IMG/VR virus record: IMGVR_UViG_3300046171_000225 | Location: 64,001-128,000 of that record | DNA: 64,000 nt | Direction: 5' to 3' (one strand) | Origin: a virus | In this document: in pieces, positions 1-7,917 of the stretch | Layout: every line of letters starts with the position of its first letter | Position numbering within the stretch: the stretch's first letter is position 1 | Position numbers and translations under genes: made by a program | Notes under the pieces: model-generated | Databases searched by the model: none | The model's input: only the letters and a program-made list of their open reading frames with translations | Told to the model about the DNA's origin: nothing

Positions 1-1151
1 CTGCTCTTATCTCTTTGTTCTCTGCTGACGACGATGAGATGATTGCTGCCAAATCTGGCAACTGGTGGGAGACCAACCCACAGCGTGGTCGTGCAAACAA
101 CTCTGTTGTCCTCATGCGTCACAAGGTCACAAAGGAATTCTTTATGGATCTTTGGGATCGTGTTAAGGCATCTGGCGCTGGCGAGCCAGGTTTCTACTTC
201 ACATACGACAAGGATTGGGGAACCAACCCATGCTGCGAGATTGCTCTCCGACCTTACCAATTTTGTAATTTGACAGAGGTGAATGTTTCTAATGTCAAGG
301 ATCAGGCGGATTTAGAGGAGCGTGTACGAGCAGCAGCGTTCATTGGAACACTTCAGGCAAGCTACACTGACTTCCATTACCTACGTCCTGTTTGGCAGCG
401 AAATACTGAGAAGGATGCTCTTATTGGAGTCTCCATGACTGGTATCGCTTCCGGAGCTGTTCTTGGGCTTGATATGAAGGCCGCTGCTGAAGTTGTCAAT
501 CAGGAGAACGCAAGGGTAGCAGCCATGTTAGGGATTAGACCAGCTGCTCGCACAACTTGCGTCAAACCAGCAGGCACAACTTCTCTAACGCTTGGAACGT
601 CCTCAGGCATTCACGCTTGGCACAACGACTACTATATTCGTCGTGTACGAGTTGGAAAGAACGAGGCCATCTATGGCTACCTCTCGGAGTACCACCCGGA
701 ATTAATCGAGGATGAGTTCTTCCGTCCACATGACACTGCTGTCATCTCTGCACCGCAGAAGGCTCCAGAAGGTGCCATCACACGCTCTGAGACGGCTCTA
801 GAGATGCTTGAGCGAGTCAAGAGGGTTAGCGTGGAGTGGATTCGGACAGGGCACCGTAAGGGCCAAAATACTCACAATGTGAGTGCCACTGTTACCATCC
901 GAGAAGAAGAGTGGGCTCTAGTAGGCGAATGGATGTGGGAAAACCGTGACCATTACAACGGACTTTCTGTGTTGCCTCATTCTGAACACAGCTATAAGCA
1001 AGCTCCATTTGAGGATTGTGACGAAGAAACCTATAATATGCTGATGAAGAGTCTAGCTGGGGTTGATCTGAGAAACATTATTGAGACTCAGGACGATACC
1101 GACCTCTCTGGTGAATTGGCGTGCGCAGGCGGAGCTTGCGAGCTTACTTAA
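1..1151 (+). CDS. nrdJ: Class II (adenosylcobalamin-dependent) ribonucleotide reductase, 5'-truncated by window
   Basis: GEPG, TNPCCEI, FCNLTEVN and VKPAGT motifs; C-terminal CAGGACE redox pair. Confidence 0.9.
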   Translation, partial: ALISLFSADDDEMIAAKSGNWWETNPQRGRANNSVVLMRHKVTKEFFMDLWDRVKASGAGEPGFYFTYDKDWGTNPCCEIALRPYQFCNLTEVNVSNVKDQADLEERVRAAAFIGTLQASYTDFHYLRPVWQRNTEKDALIGVSMTGIASGAVLGLDMKAAAEVVNQENARVAAMLGIRPAARTTCVKPAGTTSLTLGTSSGIHAWHNDYYIRRVRVGKNEAIYGYLSEYHPELIEDEFFRPHDTAVISAPQKAPEGAITRSETALEMLERVKRVSVEWIRTGHRKGQNTHNVSATVTIREEEWALVGEWMWENRDHYNGLSVLPHSEHSYKQAPFEDCDEETYNMLMKSLAGVDLRNIIETQDDTDLSGELACAGGACELT

Positions 1152-1157
1152 ACTAGC

Positions 1158-1206
1158 TTGACATCTCCTCACTTCTAGATTATATTTTTTCTGGAGGTGA
1201 GGAGAT
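1158..1206 (+). promoter_or_regulatory. sigma70-like promoter (TTGACA..TATATT) inside a 17-bp hairpin that occludes the RBS/start of the 1205 gene
   Basis: TTGACA at 1158; ATCTCCTCACTTCTAGA (1163-1179) pairs with TCTGGAGGTGAGGAGAT (1190-1206). Confidence 0.7.
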
Positions 1207-1420
1207 GAATTTTAATCATTTATTGCCAAAACACGAGCTTTTAACCAAATGTGTAGGTGAAAAGCAGCACTCTTATATGCCCACTAGTCACATTGAGGCG
1301 ACTATTGGGCATGTCGCAATCCGGTTCAGATGTAAAAACTGTAATAAGTTGACAACAGTGTTCCTGAGCGATAGGGAATACAGAACACATGAAAAAGTTT
1401 TAGATAGGTTTGGAGTTTAA
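1205..1420 (+). CDS. Small Zn-ribbon-like hypothetical protein
   Basis: Strong RBS; C..H and CKNC motifs. Confidence 0.6.
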   Translation: MNFNHLLPKHELLTKCVGEKQHSYMPTSHIEATIGHVAIRFRCKNCNKLTTVFLSDREYRTHEKVLDRFGV

Positions 1421-1421
1421 G

Positions 1422-1679
1422 ATGAATGTTGTACCTGTAAATGGATTTGTCCATGTATCTATGGAAGTAAAAGAAGAAAGTGATTCTTTCGTTCTTCTGC
1501 CTGATGATTATAAGGCTGCTGAGAACCCTTATAAGGTTGTGACCGTATTGACAGATACAGAAAAGTTTACCAAAGGTAGTAAACTTGTTGTTCCAACCCA
1601 TGTTATTAGGCAGATTGTGACAGATGAGGGTGATTTCTACTTGATTGAGTCCAGCCACGTAATGGCAGAGCTAAGATAA
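1422..1679 (+). CDS. GroES/Cpn10-like co-chaperonin (divergent)
   Basis: PVNGFVHV..mobile-loop 'SFVLLPD'..KVVTV..YLIESSHVMA pattern and ~85-aa size. Confidence 0.55.
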   Translation: MNVVPVNGFVHVSMEVKEESDSFVLLPDDYKAAENPYKVVTVLTDTEKFTKGSKLVVPTHVIRQIVTDEGDFYLIESSHVMAELR

Positions 1680-1699
1680 ACATAGCTATTGGGGGGATA

Positions 1700-2179
1700 G
1701 TGAACGCGCCTAAGATTTCTTTTGACTACGATAACACACTTATTAGATATGAGTACTTATACAATGAAGCTGGGTACGCTGTAGACGCAGTTTACACTGA
1801 GCCTCATCATGAAAATATTAAAATCATGAGGGACTTGTATGATCAGGGCTGTGAAATTTATATCACTACAGCCAGGATAAGAGGTGTCAGACTACCCGAA
1901 CATGATAACTCTCCTGCACCAGAAGAGTTAGTGTTTCAATTGAAACTACCAGTAAGAAAAGTGTTCTATACTTCAAATAGAAGTAAAGTTGGCACATTAG
2001 AGAAAAATAAAATACATATTCACTTTGACGATTGTGTTCATCAATGCAAAGAACTAGCTAAAAAGTGGACGGAAGAAGGAATAGGTGCTATACCTGTTTT
2101 AGTTGATGCCCCTGAGGGTATCAATGAATTTTTAAAAGAGAAGTTTAAGAAGCTTCTAGATGACTACGCATCTGCATAA
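1700..2179 (+). CDS. HAD-superfamily hydrolase-like protein
   Basis: ISFDYDNTL (DxD), YITTAR, K, HFDD motifs. Confidence 0.7.
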   Translation: MNAPKISFDYDNTLIRYEYLYNEAGYAVDAVYTEPHHENIKIMRDLYDQGCEIYITTARIRGVRLPEHDNSPAPEELVFQLKLPVRKVFYTSNRSKVGTLEKNKIHIHFDDCVHQCKELAKKWTEEGIGAIPVLVDAPEGINEFLKEKFKKLLDDYASA

Positions 2180-2189
2180 GGAGGTAAAT

Positions 2190-2582
2190 ATGTCAGATAT
2201 GGTTGGAGTTGGGAGACTAATCCGCTCAGAGGATGGCGGTTTTGATATTATGTTGACCCGAGATTTCTATGAGGCTTTTGTAGGCTCGGAAGACCACCAA
2301 GAGGACGGAGCAATCACGGCATCTATGTTGGCTCCTTTTCTTTCTGCGGCGCTTGAGGAGATTGGTTTGGGCGGTGATCAAGCACTTCTAGATCTGTTTG
2401 TTGGAATTTGTCTCGAAGACGAGCAGCTACATGCAGAGATGGCCCCTAGCCGGTTTGAAGAGATCCTTACATATTCTCTTCAGTCTGTTAGAGGCGACCC
2501 GACGCTTACTGTTCCGGAAGGCTCAGGAGGATCAATTGTTGATTGTTTAGCTTATCAAGGATTCTTTAAATTGATTGGCTAA
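2190..2582 (+). CDS. Hypothetical acidic protein
   Basis: AGGAGG RBS before ATG 2190; followed by a terminator. Confidence 0.6.
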   Translation: MSDMVGVGRLIRSEDGGFDIMLTRDFYEAFVGSEDHQEDGAITASMLAPFLSAALEEIGLGGDQALLDLFVGICLEDEQLHAEMAPSRFEEILTYSLQSVRGDPTLTVPEGSGGSIVDCLAYQGFFKLIG

Positions 2583-2588
2583 CGAACG

Positions 2589-2613
2589 AAGCCCCGGTTC
2601 TGCCGGGGCTTTT
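2589..2613 (+). terminator. Rho-independent terminator
   Basis: AAGCCCCGG-ttctg-CCGGGGCTTTT. Confidence 0.8.
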
Positions 2614-2629
2614 AACTTTTGAGGATATA

Positions 2630-2875
2630 ATGACACACAAACATGTAGATATTTATGACATGCCAAAAGAGGCTGTTGACCATCCTGACCATTATGGCGG
2701 GAGAGAAAATACATATGAAGCTATCAAAATTATTGAAGCATATGACCTAAATTTTTCTCTTGGAAATGTAATTAAGTATGTCTTGCGAGCAGGTAAGAAG
2801 AGCTTTAATACCACTGAAGATCTGAAAAAAGCAAAGTGGTATATTGAGAGACATATAAACAACTTGGAGAAATAA
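2630..2875 (+). CDS. DUF3310-like phage protein
   Basis: VDHPDHY..EAIKII..FSLGNVIKYVLRAGKK..EDLKKAKWY signature. Confidence 0.8.
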   Translation: MTHKHVDIYDMPKEAVDHPDHYGGRENTYEAIKIIEAYDLNFSLGNVIKYVLRAGKKSFNTTEDLKKAKWYIERHINNLEK

Positions 2876-2876
2876 A

Positions 2877-3539
2877 ATGAAATTTGACAGAGTTATATTG
2901 GATTATGGCCATGGTGGTATGATCGATGGCAAATACCAGACTGCAGGTAAGCAGTATCACTTCACTGAGCCAGAAGAATTTTCTTTCTACGAGGGTGTTT
3001 TTAATAGAGGAGTAGCAAGCAAGCTTATGACTATGCTCCTGAAGCAGGGTATCGAAGTCTATGATCCAGTTGAAGGCTGCTATATTACCGAGGACCGTAC
3101 TTGGGAAGAGCTAGAACAATCCGATGTTCCTCTGTCTACTAGAGTGTCACGAGCAAATAAAGAAAATAAGAGAGGCAAAACTTTGTTCCTCTCTGTTCAT
3201 GCAAATGCTATTGGTCGTTCTAACACCGGACCTTCTCAGAAAGCTCGTGGAGCATCAGTTTTTGTCTACCGCAACAGTGGTGACGTTGGTACAATTGCTT
3301 CTAACCTTATGACTCAGTATAAGGCTACTGAGTTGCGCCCACGCAAGATTGTGGAGAACCAATCTTTTTATGTTCTTCGAAAAACTTCTATGCCTTCATT
3401 GTTGACAGAGAACGGCTTTTACGTTAATATCGATGACGCCAAGTACCTCGCTACTGAAGAAGGGCAGTGGGAGGTTGCAAGGGCTCACTTTAATAGTATT
3501 TATGAATTCCTCGATATTGGGGAGCCGAACCTAGCATAA
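2877..3539 (+). CDS. N-acetylmuramoyl-L-alanine amidase (Amidase_3), candidate endolysin
   Basis: LDYGHGG, E, LSVHANA, FYVLRKTSMPSLLTENGF. Confidence 0.85.
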   Translation: MKFDRVILDYGHGGMIDGKYQTAGKQYHFTEPEEFSFYEGVFNRGVASKLMTMLLKQGIEVYDPVEGCYITEDRTWEELEQSDVPLSTRVSRANKENKRGKTLFLSVHANAIGRSNTGPSQKARGASVFVYRNSGDVGTIASNLMTQYKATELRPRKIVENQSFYVLRKTSMPSLLTENGFYVNIDDAKYLATEEGQWEVARAHFNSIYEFLDIGEPNLA

Positions 3540-3553
3540 CAGAAGAGGATAAG

Positions 3554-4276
3554 ATGAACAGGAGCATTGAGCTTTATGGAGATGGAATTGGTAGAGTTGA
3601 TCTGGTGGAGTGGATGGGCAACGATCTTACTATCGTTAACAGTGCTCGCGTCAGTTTTGGAAAGCATAAGGAAGAACTAGATGCAAAAGATAAAAGACTT
3701 ATCAACTATCTGGTCAAGCATAGGCACACTTCTACGTTTGAGCATAATGTTGCTACCTTTCGGTTTGTTGTCCCCCTCTACGTTCGTTCTCAGCATCATC
3801 GTCATCGTACTTGGTCTTATAACGAAATCTCTCGTCGCTATACTGACGTAAACATCAAGTTCTACGAGCCACAAGGGTTCAGAACGCAGCACGAGTCTAA
3901 CCGACAAGCCAGCAACGCTGACGAGTTGATCGACCCAGAAATCATTAGTGGACAAGACCCCTACAACCATGGTGCTCCTTACTTTCACCCTGTCAGTAAA
4001 GTTATCAGAATGCATCACGCAGATTCTCTTGGGCTCTTCAACAGACTTATCGAAGCAGGCGTTTGCCGAGAGCAAGCCCGTGGTGTCCTGCCGCAGAACC
4101 TTTATACAGAGTATTACGGAACTGTAAACCTTTCTAACCTTATGAAGTTCATTGACCTTCGCACACACGAAGGGGCACAATGGGAGATAGTAAAAGTTGC
4201 TGAAGCCTGCCTAGAAATCGCTGAGGGGCTGTGGCCTGTTGCGGTTGGTGCTTATCGGAGAGCGAAGAATGATTGA
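3554..4276 (+). CDS. thyX: Flavin-dependent thymidylate synthase
   Basis: ARVSF, HTSTFEH, RHRxxSYNEISRRY, REQARGVLP, AQWEI. Confidence 0.95.
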   Translation: MNRSIELYGDGIGRVDLVEWMGNDLTIVNSARVSFGKHKEELDAKDKRLINYLVKHRHTSTFEHNVATFRFVVPLYVRSQHHRHRTWSYNEISRRYTDVNIKFYEPQGFRTQHESNRQASNADELIDPEIISGQDPYNHGAPYFHPVSKVIRMHHADSLGLFNRLIEAGVCREQARGVLPQNLYTEYYGTVNLSNLMKFIDLRTHEGAQWEIVKVAEACLEIAEGLWPVAVGAYRRAKND

Positions 4277-4370
4277 GGTAGTTGTTACATCCTTTAGTTT
4301 TGGGTTTTTTGCTGGCTGGTATTTTTTTCGGGACGCCAAGTGCTGCCTGCATAGGGAGAGCGAAGAATGA
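4269..4370 (+). CDS. 33-aa membrane peptide (not in ORF track)
   Basis: MIEVVVTSFSFGFFAGWYFFRDAKCCLHRESEE*, bounded by two junction repeats. Confidence 0.6.
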   Translation: MIEVVVTSFSFGFFAGWYFFRDAKCCLHRESEE

Positions 4371-4591
4371 TTGAGTGGAAAGAAACTAATGGTGACTTTA
4401 CTGCTGTGTGCTCTTATGATACACTCACAGAATCTTACACTGTTGAAGTCACACATACAGACGGCAGGCAAGATAGTGTAACTTGGGTTCGGATGGGCTA
4501 TGAGCCCAGATTTGGAATGGATGATCAGGACGCTCAAAGATCAATCCGTGAATCTGAAAGGATTTGTGTTAGAATGGAGAGCGAAGAATGA
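4367..4591 (+). CDS. Small hypothetical cassette protein
   Basis: Bounded by junction repeats; ends ESEE. Confidence 0.7.
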   Translation: MIEWKETNGDFTAVCSYDTLTESYTVEVTHTDGRQDSVTWVRMGYEPRFGMDDQDAQRSIRESERICVRMESEE

Positions 4592-4785
4592 AATTGCTTC
4601 GTAAGATTTTAATTCGTTCGGGAATCTGGGGCTACTTCTACCCGCCATATGATTTCGTTGGCGTCAAGGTTCATAGAGACTGGCCTTGGAAGAAAAAGCC
4701 TCTAACAGCCGATGAGATCGTGTCAGTACAGCCTATGACAGCGCCGTCAGCATTTGTCTTTTATTACGAGGAGAGCGAAGAATGA
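4588..4785 (+). CDS. 65-aa protein containing a T4 gp23-type major-capsid 'VQPM' segment
   Basis: LTADEIVSVQPMTAPSAFVFY resembles gp23 LIAFDICGVQPMNSPTGQVF. Confidence 0.65.
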   Translation: MKLLRKILIRSGIWGYFYPPYDFVGVKVHRDWPWKKKPLTADEIVSVQPMTAPSAFVFYYEESEE

Positions 4786-5147
4786 AAATTGAAGGACCGA
4801 TTTGGATCGAATCCAGACCAAATGAAGGCTCCCTTGTTGGAACTACACTTTACAATCAGTTTATTTCTTTTAATAACAAAGAGATGGACTATGAATGCCC
4901 GCATCACATGGCAGAAGTTATGAATGCCTTGCTAACACCCCAAGATGTAGATATGATAGGAGACAGAGATCCAAGTTCTCTTTTCGCCACCATCGGCTAT
5001 ATTCCGTGGAGTTCGATGCCTGATTATCTACAAGAACCCTTAGCAAATTTAAATGTGTCTGGACAAGACACAATTGTTGCTAGGCGACATTGGGTTCTTA
5101 AAGGTGACGAACTTTTCCCTGTTGTTGTGGGGGAGAACGAAGAATGA
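4782..5147 (+). CDS. Hypothetical cassette protein
   Basis: Bounded by junction repeats; ends ENEE. Confidence 0.7.
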   Translation: MKIEGPIWIESRPNEGSLVGTTLYNQFISFNNKEMDYECPHHMAEVMNALLTPQDVDMIGDRDPSSLFATIGYIPWSSMPDYLQEPLANLNVSGQDTIVARRHWVLKGDELFPVVVGENEE

Positions 5148-5419
5148 AGATGACAACACAGATCGCAGAAAAGATTATTCAAGATGTGCGGACAGACGTT
5201 GAGACAATTTCTGATTTCTGTCACTACAACAAGATGGATGAAGAGATTACATTCATGGAGAACGCCACAGTGATTTTCAAAAAGCACGTCGATCTTACCG
5301 AAGAAGAAGAGATGGCAATCCGAGTGGCTATATCCATCGGCTATACTAAACTTTCGGATGACATTTCCATTTTGCAAGAACAGCTTAATGATCTAGAAGC
5401 CCAGATGCCTTGCTATTAA
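5144..5419 (+). CDS. Hypothetical helical cassette protein
   Basis: Starts at a junction repeat. Confidence 0.7.
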   Translation: MKMTTQIAEKIIQDVRTDVETISDFCHYNKMDEEITFMENATVIFKKHVDLTEEEEMAIRVAISIGYTKLSDDISILQEQLNDLEAQMPCY

Positions 5420-5434
5420 AAAGGAGAGCGAAGA

Positions 5435-5848
5435 ATGAGTAAATTTAAAGTTCACGATCTAGTCTATCTTAACCTTCCTGCGGCTGATCAAGGAGATCAC
5501 GTTGATGGTTTTATTGCTGATGTTATAGAACCGGGAAAATATTTGGTCTGGTGGTTTGGAAAATGTAAATACTGGGTGGAAACTGATCAATTTCTTGAAC
5601 CAAAAGAGCCTAATCGTAAATTCAAAAAGGGCGATTATCTTACACGAGGCGGGCCTCTGACACAACGCCCCGATGGCACATGGCCTGAGCTTGGGCAAGT
5701 TGTGTATGCTTATCCACAGGGATGGTACTTGGTTCGTATTATTACAGTAAACGAGGGCAAATACCTTTGGTGGTATAGGCACGCAAGACCTGACTCGGGA
5801 AGATACTGGACATTACACGAAAAAAAGAAAGAGGAGAGCGAAGAATGA
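5435..5848 (+). CDS. Tandem SH3/KOW-like domain protein
   Basis: Two internal repeats KFKVHDLV / KFKKGDYL..G.V....G.YLV; ends ESEE. Confidence 0.6.
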   Translation: MSKFKVHDLVYLNLPAADQGDHVDGFIADVIEPGKYLVWWFGKCKYWVETDQFLEPKEPNRKFKKGDYLTRGGPLTQRPDGTWPELGQVVYAYPQGWYLVRIITVNEGKYLWWYRHARPDSGRYWTLHEKKKEESEE

Positions 5849-6015
5849 AAATCGGTGATAAGGTGCAGTATACTGAATATGGTATAGAGGGGGCGAAAGG
5901 CGTGATTGTCAGGAAGGCTTTCTATGTTCGTTATGAACTGCCCACTGGTAGGATCGTAGAAAGTTTTGCTCTCCCAGAGCATTTAAAACCTTTAGATAAG
6001 GAAACTAAAGAATGA
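5845..6015 (+). CDS. 56-aa SH3/KOW-like protein (not in ORF track)
   Basis: MKIGDKVQY...KGVIV...YVRY; starts at a junction repeat, ATGA overlap with next gene. Confidence 0.65.
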   Translation: MKIGDKVQYTEYGIEGAKGVIVRKAFYVRYELPTGRIVESFALPEHLKPLDKETKE

Positions 6016-6239
6016 AAGTCGGTGATAGGGTTCGTGACTGCCTTTTCCATCTTGATGATGAATTTCATAGAGGGATAGGAACTGTCACTGAAGTCCATCC
6101 GATTGATAGAGCACCTAAAGGGTTCTATTATGTTGTCATAAGATGGGACGATAAGATCCCAGATGGTAACCCATTTGCCGTAACGGAATATACAAGCGAA
6201 GATTATTTTGATGATGTTGAACTTGTGGAGAATGAATAA
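6012..6239 (+). CDS. SH3/KOW-like small protein
   Basis: MKVGDRV..GIGTVTEV..VIRWDD. Confidence 0.65.
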   Translation: MKVGDRVRDCLFHLDDEFHRGIGTVTEVHPIDRAPKGFYYVVIRWDDKIPDGNPFAVTEYTSEDYFDDVELVENE

Positions 6240-6442
6240 TGTGGGAACTTTGGCAGTGGGACGGCCACTATATCAAGGGCAAGAAAATAAAGAGATTTAA
6301 ATCAAAGCAAGCAGTCTTTGAGTACGCAGAAAAGAACATTGAGTATGACAAGATTGCAGAGGGCCGCCCCAGAGAATGGTATCTTGAAAACAAGATTGGC
6401 CTCGCAGTTGGAATGATTATTGATAATAGGAAGGACAAATGA
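6239..6442 (+). CDS. Hypothetical protein
   Basis: Coupled ORF (TAATG). Confidence 0.6.
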   Translation: MWELWQWDGHYIKGKKIKRFKSKQAVFEYAEKNIEYDKIAEGRPREWYLENKIGLAVGMIIDNRKDK

Positions 6443-6645
6443 GAAACAAAATGTTGAAAGCAGTTATTATGGAGCTGGAAGCAAAGGAAGCTAAGGCACA
6501 AGCAACAATTGAACTTTATCTTGATAAGGCTGTTGCTATTGCTGACCACAGCGAGATTCTTGACGAGATTGCTAAGTGGGCTAACTATGGTGCGGAAGCC
6601 CGAGACGCAAAAGAGTATTTGTTGTCGGAGTTTTCAGACAAATGA
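6439..6645 (+). CDS. Small helical phage protein
   Basis: A.ATIELYLDKAVAIADH.EI.DEI pattern recalled from large myoviruses. Confidence 0.6.
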   Translation: MRNKMLKAVIMELEAKEAKAQATIELYLDKAVAIADHSEILDEIAKWANYGAEARDAKEYLLSEFSDK

Positions 6646-6654
6646 GATAAATAA

Positions 6655-6662
6655 ACTATTTA
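6655..6662 (+). promoter_or_regulatory. Putative phage late promoter ACTATTTA (probably leaderless transcript)
   Basis: Recurrent intergenic motif, 4 nt upstream of an ATG with no SD. Confidence 0.6.
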
Positions 6663-6666
6663 CTGT

Positions 6667-7917
6667 ATGCTAAACGGCATCAGTATACAATCACAGATAA
6701 GTCTTTTTATTTCTGCCCTCATTATGGCTCTCTTCTTTACGATGGAAGTGTTGGTTGTATTTGAGATCATCGCTGCAACTTATCACATCTCAGTGCTTGG
6801 TCTCTTTTGCCTTATGGCTTTTATGCCTCCGTGTGCTGTTGTTATTTCAGAGTTCCTTGAAAACATGCGACGAAAAGAGGAACTGGTCAACTCGCAGCTC
6901 GAAGGTATCAATAGTTCAAACTTAGTTGTGACCTTGACTATGGACGGCCATATACTAAAGGCCAACCCTAACTTTTGTGAACTTATGGGCTGTGACGAAG
7001 GCTATGTTATTATGCAGCCTCACAGAAAGATGGTCACTCCTGAATACTCTGAGAGTGACGAGTATGCTCACTTCTGGGCAAACTTACGAAAAGGCCGCAG
7101 CATCACAGGCAAGTTTGAAAGGGTTGCGAAGGATGGCTCGAAGCGATGGCTCTACGGCAACTATACTCCGATTAAGAATAAGTTTGGTACTTACGATAGG
7201 GTCTTGAAGATCGCAACTGACGTAACAACCGCACATTTAGTGGAGGAGATAGTTAGCCAAAAGACAGCGTATTTGGAACACGCTGCGAAGATCCTGCGTC
7301 ACGACATGCACTCTGGTATTAATACCTACCTTCCACGGGGCATCTCGTCTCTGAAACGCCGTCTGGACGACGAAACAATAAAAGAAAAGCGTCTTCAAAT
7401 GCCTATGAAACTTATTGAAGACGGACTTGTCCACACTCAGAAAGTTTATAAGGGCGTCTATGAGTTTACTAACTTGGTAAGGGAAGATACCACTCTTAGT
7501 AAAGAGGAACACAACATCAGAGAGATACTGGATGAGTATCTTCAATCTACTTCCTATGCAGACCAAGTTATCCTGTGCCCTGATCTTCCAACACTTCTTG
7601 TAAATGAAGCTCTGTTCTGTACTGCCGTAGATAATATGATTAGAAACGGCCTGAAATACAACGACTCTAAAACCAAGTATGTAAAAGTAATGATGGTTGA
7701 TGACGACACACTGGGCATCATAGACAACGGACGAGGGATGTCTCAGGAAGAATACCAGAGACTAAGCAAGCCTTACTTCCGGAGAGAGGGACAAAAAGAA
7801 GAAGGCACTGGCTTGGGTCTGAACATTACAGTTGCGATTTGTAAAGAACACGGCTTTGAACTCTCTGCTGAGAAGCGAGAAGAAGGCGGAACCATAATGA
7901 GGATAAAAGTAAAATGA
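6667..7917 (+). CDS. Membrane-anchored PAS-domain sensor histidine kinase
   Basis: 2 TM helices; PAS/PAC (ANPNFCELMG..KDGSKRW..YTPI..IATDVT); H-box LRHDM, N-box NMIRNGLKY, G1 DNGRGM, G2 GTGLGL. Confidence 0.92.
   Translation: MLNGISIQSQISLFISALIMALFFTMEVLVVFEIIAATYHISVLGLFCLMAFMPPCAVVISEFLENMRRKEELVNSQLEGINSSNLVVTLTMDGHILKANPNFCELMGCDEGYVIMQPHRKMVTPEYSESDEYAHFWANLRKGRSITGKFERVAKDGSKRWLYGNYTPIKNKFGTYDRVLKIATDVTTAHLVEEIVSQKTAYLEHAAKILRHDMHSGINTYLPRGISSLKRRLDDETIKEKRLQMPMKLIEDGLVHTQKVYKGVYEFTNLVREDTTLSKEEHNIREILDEYLQSTSYADQVILCPDLPTLLVNEALFCTAVDNMIRNGLKYNDSKTKYVKVMMVDDDTLGIIDNGRGMSQEEYQRLSKPYFRREGQKEEGTGLGLNITVAICKEHGFELSAEKREEGGTIMRIKVK

Larger units (their letters stand above)
4257..5847 (+). 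repeat. Seven dispersed copies of GGAGAGCGAAGAATG (RBS+start junction) at 4257, 4355, 4576, 4770, 5132 (1 mismatch), 5423, 5833
   Basis: Read directly; each copy ends in the ATG of the next small gene, and most upstream genes end ESEE*/ENEE*. Confidence 0.9.

Noticed and set aside
4257-5847. CRISPR array
   Set aside because: The repeat is only 15 nt and non-palindromic; the 'spacers' are 80-400 nt intact ORFs; no cas genes in the window.
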